This document shows positions 1 to 10,201 of a stretch of DNA of 64,000 nucleotides, piece after piece (within the stretch, counting starts at the first letter, position 1; every line of letters starts with the position of its first letter). The position numbers were made by a program, and so were the translations under genes. The notes beneath the pieces are model-generated. The model saw nothing but the letters and a program-made list of their open reading frames with translations, ran no database searches and was not told the DNA's origin. This DNA comes from Schizochytrium sp. TIO01 (taxonomy: Eukaryota > Protista > Bigyra: Labyrinthulomycetes). Where the stretch lies: NCBI GenBank assembly GCA_004764695.1, contig SMSO01000035.1, positions 2,666,001 to 2,730,000 on the forward strand. The letters run 5' to 3'.

Positions 1-729
1 ACGCATCAAGGGGATGTGGCTTACAGGTGTTGGCTGACGTTGGCGAAAATTAATATGGCGCTGTTGTAAATCTTTCACATGTGTCCCTATCCCAAGCGCC
101 TCAGCAGCATTTGTTTGATAAACCGGCCTCCTGAGGGAGAGTCCAGCCGGTCCTCCAGTACCTGTGGAAGATTGGAATAGAGACAATCTGCTTTCGTCCA
201 TTCCCTTCAACATATTGTTGGTACTCCCCATTGACACTCCTGTATGATTTGCTTGGTTTGATGAGAATGAGAAACCCTTTTCTCCCTTGATTTTAATACG
301 CATGTTTTTCTCTGATGTTCTAGGTAAGCTTTGGTGACTTTCAGTCAGAGTATTTGAATCTGATCGTAAAAGATTATGCGATGGACGACCTTTTGGTTTC
401 TCAAGATGCAGCTCCCATGCAAGAAAATCCATTTCTCCATCCACAGGACCATTTTCTTCTCGCTTGCGCAGCTTGTCTAGGCCTTCAACAACATTTGCTG
501 GAAGTTTTGCTTCTGCTAGCTCAACTATTTTACGAGTATCAATCTGGAATCCTGTGAATTGCCGCGACAAGGGAGACCGCCTACCTGCCGCTGCTAGTCT
601 GCCCAAAGGTTCTTCCCCGGAAGTTATTCCAGACGTAAACCCCGGTACTGGTGACGTCAAGACTCGTCCTGCAAATTTTTGCCGAGCTCGACCCTTCGCC
701 CCTCGTCTCCGGGGCGAGGACGCCGACAT
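1..729 (-). CDS. Hypothetical protein, 5' part only (runs off the left edge)
   Basis: Manual translation from ATG at 729 gives 243 uninterrupted codons to position 1 (MSASSPRRRGAKGRARQKFAGRVLTSPVPG...DGEMDFLAWELHLEKPKG...). It is absent from the ORF track because there is no stop in the window. A pyrimidine tract plus AG lies 6 nt upstream of the ATG. Confidence 0.7.
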   Translation of the reverse strand, partial: MSASSPRRRGAKGRARQKFAGRVLTSPVPGFTSGITSGEEPLGRLAAAGRRSPLSRQFTGFQIDTRKIVELAEAKLPANVVEGLDKLRKREENGPVDGEMDFLAWELHLEKPKGRPSHNLLRSDSNTLTESHQSLPRTSEKNMRIKIKGEKGFSFSSNQANHTGVSMGSTNNMLKGMDESRLSLFQSSTGTGGPAGLSLRRPVYQTNAAEALGIGTHVKDLQQRHINFRQRQPTPVSHIPLMR

Positions 730-1653
730 CGTAATCTAAAAAAGAGAGCGTTGGATATGATGCTTTAAAAGTCGTGGAGCTCACAGAATGCTCTTCGCCT
801 AGCACTTCTAGGTTATAGCAGCTTGCACCAGACGTAGAGCAACCCAATCTTCGCCTCAAGTCACTCCGAGCGTTGCAACCCGCGAGCCCTTTCGCTCACT
901 ATCTGCCATGAATTCGGCGGTACAGCAAGCGTGCAGGCGGGTTATCTAGCCATGGGATTGAACAGAATTATCAATCCTTATGGTACTTGCTAAGCATTAT
1001 TAGATATGTTTTGCAATCATTCAGAGTCTCACTAAAAAATATTTATTAACAATGCACGAGCACATACTCAACGGCTATATTCGAATCGACAAATAAACGC
1101 TAGTTGGTGGGATAAGATTATTAGTATTTTGTTACAGTAATGAAGCAAAAGTAAAAGAAAAGAAAAAGCCTGGGAGTGGAACAGTTGAATTACTATTGTG
1201 CGTTAAATTTAGCCCCACAAGAATTCTTAATTTTTTACCGCGCACTCCTAGGTAAAGTTCAAGCAATTGTTATGAGCTCGTAATCTCTCTTGACATACTT
1301 CTTCAATTGGGAAACGTTCAACTTTATGACAGCGGCTTGACCAGGGAAACGAAGGTCTTGGCCAAGGCGAGGAAAGCAAACGCACGCACTCATAGAAAAA
1401 ATTGAGGTTGCCAAGGGTGGGGGGGGGTGGGAGGCTTGGAAGCAAACGCTGATTGCGTAGTTGTCTCTGGACATAGCGTATCACTGTGGTTGATGACAGA
1501 AGTTTTTAGAGCTTTAAGATAGGCAGAAATATAGGAAAATCAACCAGATCAACCAATTGGCACGCAGGTGAACACGCTCAAAACCGCTTTCCTTCAATAA
1601 CATTAGAGGCAAAAGGATTCCTTCATTTAAGAAAACGCCTTCAAGAATCCACA

Positions 1654-3192
1654 ATGACCACAGAGCTCACAACGTCGGTATTGACGACTATGAATAACCT
1701 GTTGCCAGCTCAAATGAGTCGAAGAGCGCTTCTTGATCGCTTGGATCGCTGCATTGAATTTCTTGATGATTCGCGAAAGGTTGATTGGGAAGATCGCGAG
1801 CGATATTTGATGGAAATGCAGGTTGCACTTGTACGACTCACTGCGGATGAGCATAACGATCACCTTGAGAAGGTTTCCTACGATATGCTTTCTAAGATGA
1901 GAAGGCCACTCGAGTCTCAACTTCGAGATCTTCGTTCTGCGATTGTAAGAGAAGCTTGTAAATTACTGTGTGTTTGCGTGGACTGCCTACAAACTCAGTT
2001 TACAAAGACAGCTGCTGTTTTTTTACCTACCATGCTGGAACTTGTGGCCTCAGGGAATAAGGTCATTGCAACGCAGATCGATCGCTGTTGTGCGCATATG
2101 TTTCAACACCTGCGAATGCCGATGGTTTTGCCCAGGCTAATATCCTTGCTAAAAGACAGCAAAAGTAAAGACGTCCGTGAGTCTAGCATAAACTACTTTC
2201 TCATTTGCCTACGTTCATGGAGCACACGTTCATTCGAACGGCACATTGATATTATCGAAGAAGTCATGCCTTATATTTTGCATGATGCGTCACCTACAGT
2301 TCGATCGAGGTCTCGAGAATGCTTTTTGTACTTTCGTGCCCACTTTCCAGATCGGGCCCGAGCAATCTTGTTGCGTGCTGACGAGCGAACTATGAGAGCT
2401 CTTGAAAAGGCTATGCAAAATCAAAAAGTTTCAGTAGCAGTGAATCATCCTCCAAGCCCACCATCACGCTCAAGCTCACGAGATGGTGTGTCTATTCAGG
2501 CTGAACAAACGAGTCATAACCGTGCTTCGAGGACATTATCAAGAAGTGGTTCTTCGGATAAAAGCAAATTCATGTCATCCTCGTCGAACTTAAAAGGCCG
2601 CTCTTCCACAAGAGCTAAACATAGTAAAGCTGTAGATCTTCAGCAAGGTCATAATCGCCCCAGGACTGCGCCGCATCGACATTCAATAGGGTCGTATGAG
2701 AGTGATTTTGAAGCTGAATCAACTGATGAAGAAGAAGGGCCAGTACGAATGAATCACACTATTCTAAAAGACCAAGCCAAACTAGAAACATCTTCTTCGC
2801 GTTCTGTCCGTGATCGTAGCCTACAGGACATAATTTCTGAGTATGCTCATCAGCCAGCTGAACCGCCTATTGCAACACAGCTGTCTGCTGCACATCCTTC
2901 TTCAAAGTCAGATGGGCCTGATATTGATTCTGATGTATCTAGAAATGTTGATCTTCCTGCTTTAGTGGCCGCGCATCGATCTCATTTAAATGAAGTCATT
3001 GCTAGCGTAGCAATGGAACTCAGGGTGCTTAAATCTTACGAGAAAATTGTACGTTCACAACGCCAAACGAACGCCCCCGTGGATCCGCGACCGTACATTA
3101 GCGCTTTGCGTAACCACATGCAAGAAAAAGAACGTCAAATTTCAAGTCTTCACGAGGACTTTGACAGAATTTTAGGTAAAGGCCAAATCTAA
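1654..3192 (+). CDS. CLASP_N/TOG (HEAT) domain protein with a Ser/Arg-rich linker and a kinesin-13-like C-terminal coiled coil
   Basis: 512-aa ORF with CLASP_N hallmarks (DWEDR, QLRDLRSAIVREAC, SGNKVIA, SKSKDVRE, LHDASPTVRSRSRECF). The C-terminus contains LVAAHR...YISAL...EKERQISSL. Confidence 0.85.
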   Translation: MTTELTTSVLTTMNNLLPAQMSRRALLDRLDRCIEFLDDSRKVDWEDRERYLMEMQVALVRLTADEHNDHLEKVSYDMLSKMRRPLESQLRDLRSAIVREACKLLCVCVDCLQTQFTKTAAVFLPTMLELVASGNKVIATQIDRCCAHMFQHLRMPMVLPRLISLLKDSKSKDVRESSINYFLICLRSWSTRSFERHIDIIEEVMPYILHDASPTVRSRSRECFLYFRAHFPDRARAILLRADERTMRALEKAMQNQKVSVAVNHPPSPPSRSSSRDGVSIQAEQTSHNRASRTLSRSGSSDKSKFMSSSSNLKGRSSTRAKHSKAVDLQQGHNRPRTAPHRHSIGSYESDFEAESTDEEEGPVRMNHTILKDQAKLETSSSRSVRDRSLQDIISEYAHQPAEPPIATQLSAAHPSSKSDGPDIDSDVSRNVDLPALVAAHRSHLNEVIASVAMELRVLKSYEKIVRSQRQTNAPVDPRPYISALRNHMQEKERQISSLHEDFDRILGKGQI

Positions 3193-3631
3193 TGAGAAAT
3201 ATTTCCAAATTGCTCACAGTCAGTTCCCGTTTGAAATCAATTTTTAATAGATTTTGAATAAAGTGCTCGGCTCGATTTGACCTGGTTCTTGAAGAAACCT
3301 ACGCGTCTTTAAAGTTTTGAACTTGGCAAATTATTGAGTTAGAGAATAGTCTACCGAAGACTAAAGTAGTTTAATGCACAAAATCTAATTACAATCAACT
3401 TAAACTGCTTTTAGCGGTTAAGAACGTTTTGAAGCACGGAGCTAAAGTATTCTTTTTTAGAATTGCATATGCTTATTCATCGTTACATGTAATCTGGGGA
3501 CCTCATAAAGCCATATTACGCTGTTTTTATTCCTTATCAATTGATTTATTATTTCATTTTCTCAAATATGAGGAGAAAAAGAAAAAAATAGAACGGTGTA
3601 TGAGAGCTCCATTCTTGTATATATTTTCTGG

Positions 3632-5623
3632 TCATGCAGAGTATCTATCTTGAAGTTCTTCTAGCAAATGATCAGAACCACGAATCGAGCGAATGATAGC
3701 AAAGTCTGCGTCAAGTCGCTTCTTGGCGCTTGAGGACAAAAACATAAGGTTTAATGAGAACCTGTTTACAGAGGCTAAGGCTGACATAAGATTGTAAGCT
3801 TCGTCCGCTCGCGCAGGCAATAGTGTGTCGATAATTTGGAGAATTGTTTCAAATCCAGCCTCATCCAGGTGATCGGCAAATGCAGCTTTCAAGGTACCGT
3901 CCTGAACATGTTGCAGAACCACCTCGAGTGATTCCTGCTGATTTCCATTTTTGAGGATTGTGATAAAAGACTTTTCCTTTCCTTCCCTTTTATGTGTACG
4001 TCCTTTGCAAGGACTATTGCTAGTCAACACTTTGTTCTGCAATTTATTTGTGTCATTCGATTCTTGTTGGACATGTGGAGACTCATCACGCTCAGCTTCT
4101 GTGAGAACTGGCCGCGATGGATCGTCCACTTTATCCTTAACGTCTACAGTTGCTTCCTTTTCTTCATAACGTCTTAGGAAAGATTTAAACGTTTCATGAT
4201 ACTCTCTTTCACGTTCTACATTAGCAGCTCTCTTAAATTGTACTTTCCTGTGCATCTCTTTGAATACCTTTTGTTCAGAATCATCAATGAGAGGTAAACT
4301 CAAGGCTTCCTGCAAAGAAGTATCTGCAAGGTCCCATTTTTTGAGCGACATGTACAGCTGAATTTGTCGAAAACGTGCTTTGACATAGTCGGGACAGAGT
4401 TTAATGGCATGGTTGCAATCATCGAGACTATCACTCGCTGATTCTACATGCGGGAAATCATCAGTATGTGATTGTTTCTGTAGCTCCATTCTCGCCGCAG
4501 CTCGATTCGCATAAAGTTTTGCAATCTCCTGAACATCATCGTCCTGTTCATTAATTTGCTCAATTGCAGCAGAATAAAGCTCAAGAGATTTCTCGTAATC
4601 CCCCTCTGCGAAGGCAGCGTTACCCTGTGCGCGAAGAGAAAGAGGTAGATCGTTTCTCACCTCTCCAGAAAGTGCAGAAAGTGCCACCGGCGATGGCGTC
4701 TCCTCACTGCAAAGTTCTGCGCCTACGACTCCCCCTTCCTTATTAAGCGTGAAGCCGTTAGCGTCTGCAAGGGTTTTGTCGTCAGTTTCATTTGACAAAG
4801 CCTCTGCTTCAGAGGTTAGCTTAGCAGGAAATCGTTTAAAGTCGCTATAGAGCTTCTTTGCAAAGTCAGTCTCAGCTGCTGTAAGGCCGTTTCTTTCCGA
4901 CCAGGCTTGAAGTGTAGAAATGATTTTTGCGCTCACACGGATAACACGGTCTTTGCAATAAAAATAGCGGAGCCACGACAGGTAAAATCCAAGAAGTTGC
5001 AAGCTTAGCAACCCTCCACCTGGAAATGTCTTCTGGTAGTTTAGCAAAAGATGAGTAATGATATCAGTTTGAGTAAGCGCTAGCATCCGTTGATGCAATG
5101 CCTGCTGTTCCTTACTCGGTGGGTCATCAAACCACCCAAGTTTTTCAGATCCTGTCAGGCATAAAAGGGACTCCATAGCTTGTGCACGCAACATCAGATT
5201 TTCCTCGTCAAGAAGACGGGCGAGCGCCACTAAGCCATTTGCATGGCAAAAGTCAATAACAAAAGTGGGGTCATGCACGTGAAGCATATAAAGTAGAGAA
5301 AGTGATACAATCTGAACACGATGCTGCGGATGTTCAGGCGGAGCTCCGTCTGGAGGGCTGCAGATCAGAAGTGGAAAAAATCCCACATGCTCTCTAGCCA
5401 TGCACGGTGTGAAAAGCAAAGCTCGAGCTCTTTCCTGCGTGAACCTCGTCCTAAGTACCGCTTCAAGCTCATCAATAGGAGGTCGCTGCCAAATCTCCTC
5501 AAATTGTCTCCTTAGTTGGTGCCTTGTTTCCTGCGCATTTTCTACATCATTTGTAATACCTGCAAGCACGGCTTTCACCCGCTGCTCAACGTCACTATCC
5601 CACAATGCAACCTCCATAGTCAT
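3632..5623 (-). CDS. ARM-like + TPR + RPAP3_C co-chaperone (RPAP3/SPAG1-like)
   Basis: TPR clamp motifs (LRAQGNAAFAEGDYEKSLELYSAAI, LYANRAAARM, DCNHAIKLCPDYVKARFR). The C-terminal LSALASVNRFSLNLMFLS-type segment (LMSALASVNRFSLNLMFLS) matches RPAP3_C. First ATG at 5623. Confidence 0.8.
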   Translation of the reverse strand: MTMEVALWDSDVEQRVKAVLAGITNDVENAQETRHQLRRQFEEIWQRPPIDELEAVLRTRFTQERARALLFTPCMAREHVGFFPLLICSPPDGAPPEHPQHRVQIVSLSLLYMLHVHDPTFVIDFCHANGLVALARLLDEENLMLRAQAMESLLCLTGSEKLGWFDDPPSKEQQALHQRMLALTQTDIITHLLLNYQKTFPGGGLLSLQLLGFYLSWLRYFYCKDRVIRVSAKIISTLQAWSERNGLTAAETDFAKKLYSDFKRFPAKLTSEAEALSNETDDKTLADANGFTLNKEGGVVGAELCSEETPSPVALSALSGEVRNDLPLSLRAQGNAAFAEGDYEKSLELYSAAIEQINEQDDDVQEIAKLYANRAAARMELQKQSHTDDFPHVESASDSLDDCNHAIKLCPDYVKARFRQIQLYMSLKKWDLADTSLQEALSLPLIDDSEQKVFKEMHRKVQFKRAANVEREREYHETFKSFLRRYEEKEATVDVKDKVDDPSRPVLTEAERDESPHVQQESNDTNKLQNKVLTSNSPCKGRTHKREGKEKSFITILKNGNQQESLEVVLQHVQDGTLKAAFADHLDEAGFETILQIIDTLLPARADEAYNLMSALASVNRFSLNLMFLSSSAKKRLDADFAIIRSIRGSDHLLEELQDRYSA

Positions 5624-6147
5624 TCTCCTCGTTATCAATCGTTGACCAAACAACTACTTGCGATGGCTTTCCGGTCTGCCTTTCTTTATGCCACGTCTCG
5701 TGATCCCCAGCGACTCCGGAAACAGCACCGAAGACGAAATGAAAACGATCTTGGTCTGTGGAGCCCAAGCTATGCTCCTTCGCATTGCGATTCCGTTGAA
5801 ATTTAAACACTCAACTGTTACTGAGGATAGCTAGGTAGGAAGGTACCTAAGACTTACTATAGTGTAGGCTAAGGTAAAGTGTGTACCTGTCATTTTAAAC
5901 CGATTACTTATTGAGGACATGTACACACTAGTAATCGGGGACCCCTCTTGGCGGCTGGCCAACCAACCAGTGCTTGAGCATTAAAGTGAATGAATGAGTG
6001 GAAGCACAAGGGGGCTTCTTGATGCGTGTAGATTACAGGATTGCGAGGTGGTGAGTCTGCAAACTCGAAGCGGGTCCGCTCGTGAGGATTTTGACTGCGC
6101 AGATTGAGTTTGCGTCGGCGTGGACGAGGTCTGGCGAGTGAGTGGAT

Positions 6148-7752
6148 ATGGCGACCCCTGCGAAACGTGCCACGAGGGCCTCAACCCGCAAGGCAGCTAA
6201 GTCGACCGAAGAGACCCTCGTGGACAACTCCGAAGAAATCCTCGAGAACGAAAACCAAGAGGAGGAGGCTGACAGCTCCAGCGACGGGGATGATGTAAAC
6301 GATGGAGATGATAACAATGCTGGAGATGAGGATGAAAGCGAAGAGGAAGAGGAGGAACAATCTGACAAGGAGGACAGTAGCGAGGAGGGTGATGGTGACG
6401 AGCAAGTTCGCGTGAAGTTCACCACGAGATTTTCTAAGTACAGAGTGACTGATACCAGCATCGCAGTTCCGGTCTCCCTGCGCCGTTCAGGCCTCTCAGA
6501 AGTAGTCAACCACTTGCTTGGCAATGCTCCTGAGAACCGCGTAGTTTTTGACTTCCTCGTCGTGGATAAAGACACTCTCATCCGCAAGAGTTTGGAGTTC
6601 CATATCAGAGACCTCAAGCTCTCTTTGGAGGATGTACTTCACCTCGAGTATGCTCCGGCGCTTATGGAGCCCGAACTCTCTGCCGAGGACAAGTGGCCTG
6701 ATTGGCTTTCCTGTGTGGATGGTCGCCGCGACGTCTTGAATGAAGACGGCAATGTATCTGCGACCATTGCAGTTGCAGGCTCTTACGATGGCTCGATTAC
6801 GTTCTGCGAGCTCGCCAAGAGCGCCAAGGTCAACGAATTTCAGAACCTTGCTAAGGTCCAAGCTCATAAAGCTGCCGTCAAGGCTGTTGTCCAGTTTGGG
6901 GACAACCTGCTCGCGTCAAGTGGCAAGGACGGTCTTGTCAAGCTGTGGTCTGCAACACACAGTTCATCTGGCGAAACGTCCACTTTGAACTGTTCTCAAA
7001 TTGCGAACTGTGAAGGTCACCAGCGCAGCGTTGAGGCCGTCGATGGTGTACAGATTGGTGAGTTTGCTGTGCTCGGTAGTGGTGGCTGGGACAACGCAGC
7101 GTGCCTGTGGAAAGTTGCACTCAACGATGATGCGAGTGAGGCTCCCGAGGAAGAGGACGACAGCATGGGCCGCAAGAAGCGGAAGGGCATTCGCGGCAAG
7201 GCGACGACCGCTCTCAAGACAGTAACTCCAGCAGCAGTCTTTCAAGGACACACGGATAATGTGTCTGCGGTCGCTTGGGCAGGCCGCGATGCTCCTTCAA
7301 GCTTGTTCACGGGATCGTGGGATCGCAGCATTCGGGCTTGGGATGTTGTGCGCGAGGTTTGTACAATAAAGTTGAATGGAAACAAAGTTGTCACGTCAAT
7401 TTCACACAATGCTATGTCTAACCTGGTCGCTACTGGTCATGCCGACCACCAAGTTCGCTTGTGGGACTCTCGCGTGACCGGTGAGGCCATCGTGAAACTC
7501 TCTCTCAAATCACATGAGGCTTGGGTTACTTCTGTGCAGTGGTGTCCCACAAACGCAAACCTTCTCGCAACCGCCTCACAGGATCGCACTATCAAACTTT
7601 GGGATGTCCGTTCGACTATTCCCCTTTACACGCTCAAACAACACTCCAACAAAGTCTTTGGTGTTTCATGGGATGCTACTGGTTCTCTTCTCTGGTCTGC
7701 TGGTGCAGACTCTATGCTTCGGGCCTTTCGTTTCTCGCAAGATGAGGAGTGA
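6148..7752 (+). CDS. WDR12: Ribosome biogenesis protein YTM1/WDR12 (NLE domain + WD40)
   Basis: NLE domain (QVRVKFTT...IAVPVSLRRSGLSEVVNHLL...FDFLV...LEYAPA), PDWLS, GSYDG, and WD repeats ending LWDVRSTIPLYTL. ATG at 6148. Confidence 0.93.
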   Translation: MATPAKRATRASTRKAAKSTEETLVDNSEEILENENQEEEADSSSDGDDVNDGDDNNAGDEDESEEEEEEQSDKEDSSEEGDGDEQVRVKFTTRFSKYRVTDTSIAVPVSLRRSGLSEVVNHLLGNAPENRVVFDFLVVDKDTLIRKSLEFHIRDLKLSLEDVLHLEYAPALMEPELSAEDKWPDWLSCVDGRRDVLNEDGNVSATIAVAGSYDGSITFCELAKSAKVNEFQNLAKVQAHKAAVKAVVQFGDNLLASSGKDGLVKLWSATHSSSGETSTLNCSQIANCEGHQRSVEAVDGVQIGEFAVLGSGGWDNAACLWKVALNDDASEAPEEEDDSMGRKKRKGIRGKATTALKTVTPAAVFQGHTDNVSAVAWAGRDAPSSLFTGSWDRSIRAWDVVREVCTIKLNGNKVVTSISHNAMSNLVATGHADHQVRLWDSRVTGEAIVKLSLKSHEAWVTSVQWCPTNANLLATASQDRTIKLWDVRSTIPLYTLKQHSNKVFGVSWDATGSLLWSAGADSMLRAFRFSQDEE

Positions 7753-8345
7753 ATGTCAATTCTTGACAAGTCGCTAGAACCTCTCATAGGTACCCTTCTC
7801 TTGGAAAAATATTCGCCTACCCTCTCCCTTTCTTATAGAGAGAGGGCAATGCCAACGGTCAAGATAGGATCACACACAATAGACAAACTTTGCACTACAA
7901 ACACCATCCGGGAGTTGAGTAATTCTCTACCTATTCTATCTCCCTTTCAAGCACCATAACGACTTTTTCTAAACTACGAATAGATTAACTTTGATAACCG
8001 GATCAGAATCTGATTTCTTCTCCTCTCTATTCCATGTGTGCGTTTCCTTGCTAGGTGGCAAAAGGTATTACTACGTATACGTGGTGTTTTCATCTTCTCA
8101 AATTAATTATATACAATTTGAAGCAGCGATCTGCTCAGATTGGTTCTTAGATCTTTCAAGTCACACCTTGCTCAAACAGAAGCAACGCTTAGTAAATATG
8201 GTGGTCTATTTAAAAAGACCAGCTCCTGTCGTCGCTGTCAGACCAAAAGACTTACTTTAGCAAGAGTGTAAGGTGTTGCTTCGAAAATACGAATGAGATG
8301 AAAAACAAAATTCTAAATAACTCGTTGGGCCTTTATATCATCTTA

Positions 8346-9338
8346 TCACTGACCTGGTTTGCAGAAGATTTGTACGGGACCTCGCTCGAGAGTCTCGATT
8401 GCGCGCTCAACACGCTTTAGCATCCTCTCTAAATGCTCTTTTCGCTTAATTTTGCCAACTGTATCCAGGTTCACAACATGTGCTTGGCGCTGGTACTGAG
8501 CATTGTAGTTATCCCACTTTGCCTTGAGCTCCTCCACAAGTACCAGGCGCTCCTCGTCGTCTAGCATGAACTCGCGGCCTCGTGCTGCTTCTTCCTCCCG
8601 TTGACGCTGGAGTTCTGCTTCTGCAATAGCATCTTTTTGGGCTTGTAATTCCTTCTTCTTACGGTGCAAATACTTTGGAATTTTGCCATAATCACTCTTT
8701 TCAGTGTAGCGTCTTGGAAGTGTTTGTTGTCGTGGCTCTTCACCTGGCCATGCGGTTGCATTCAGATTTATGATTTCAATGCGTTAGTTCCTAGTTTCCT
8801 TTTTACTTGCAATAATAATTTTTGGCAAAAGAATTTACTTACCGTCTAATATGGCCTGCACTGCGTTGGCCATGACGAAATTTTTCCGCACATTGCTTTT
8901 TACAATTTTACCAAGCTCCTCTTTCTGAATTGTTTACAGCAAGCGCCAATTCAGTATGAACATATTCAAAAATATATGTGTAAGTAACTTGATACAATTT
9001 GGGGGACAGGCAAGGCGGCGCCCACATTTCAAAAAATCAAAATACTTACCGTAGGGATTGCGGGCTTCATTTTGATACGCTTACCATACTCATAGCCTGT
9101 ATTGCAGTGTAATCATGGTTTTACGCAGGGAGTCAGCTTATCGCAAAAAATAACATGGAGTCAAACTGACTCGGACAACATTCTCCGACCTACCATCGCC
9201 GACTCGTTGAGGATTAAAACTAGAAGCAACAAGACTGACATCAGGACTGTGCTTCGATTTATACATAGTTTTCTTCATAACTACTGGTGGTTTCTTCTCC
9301 ACCCAGTCGCGAAGGTTCTCTTCAGTTGTGTCCGCCAT
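8346..9338 (-). CDS. ENKUR: Enkurin-domain flagellar protein, 4 exons (9338-9194, 9096-9050, 8924-8843, 8743-8346)
   Basis: Three GT-AG introns join to 672 nt in frame: MADTTEEN...MYKSKH...KPAIPT/KEELG...KNFVMANAVQAI...YTEKSDYGKIPKYL...LKAKWDNYNAQYQ...KIKRKEHLE. These are enkurin motifs. Confidence 0.88.
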
Positions 9339-10201
9339 AGTTCCAATGCCTCTTCCTATAGGCTGCTGCAGGTAATCCTTCTCGGTCGCCCAGCTTCACG
9401 AGTATGAACTCGCTGCAGCGCTATAGACGTATGATTATATTTATGCTCCTTCATTCATTCCCTTTTGTTTTGTTGTGTAAAACACCTGTTTCAAGAGGAC
9501 TATGATATTGTTACCCTACGCTGAGACTGCACGATTATAAGGTTCTTATTAACATCAGCAAAAGAACATTTCCTTCATTCTCACCTCCTGCCTTGCACTG
9601 CGTATACGCACCTTCTGCATGTTCTCAGACGGATAGTTTCTCTATTTACATATTTACTTCAACGGATAGTATCCCATGTTAAACCTATCATAATATTTTT
9701 TCATTTTTTTTCTTCTAAATATATAGAATTAATTTTGACGTTTGGAAAGAAAAACGGTGCAAGCTGGAAGCTCGAAATTAAGAGCTGTTATCGACAGTCA
9801 TTTACAGACGAAATATTCAAAACATAACAAAGGAAAGAACTTTGAACGGGTAAAAACTGTCCAGGAAGCACGCGCACTTCTTCTACATGATATTATTATT
9901 TAAATTTCTATTTAGTGTTCCACCTTTAGTCCTGATGGTACTACTGGAGCTAAAGTTTCGGAACGTGGCGGCGTACTTGGAACCTAGCCTGAATTATGTA
10001 GGAGTGATATAACCTTTTCGTGTGGAATTGCTAACTCATAGTAGCGGTACCCTAAACTTAAAATACGTTTCCAGATAATCCTGACCTCGATATTTAACCT
10101 CGACAGGTCGAGGCGGATTTCAATTGTCGTACAGTCTATATTCACATTGACAAGGCTAGCTTGGTTAGTGCCTTGTGAACCTCTATGCAGGAGGGCACAA
10201 G

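Noticed and set aside
6033-7251. Long antisense and overlapping ORFs over YTM1 (also over the WD40, DnaJ and CSN3 genes)
   Set aside because: Shadow ORFs caused by the codon bias of the real gene.
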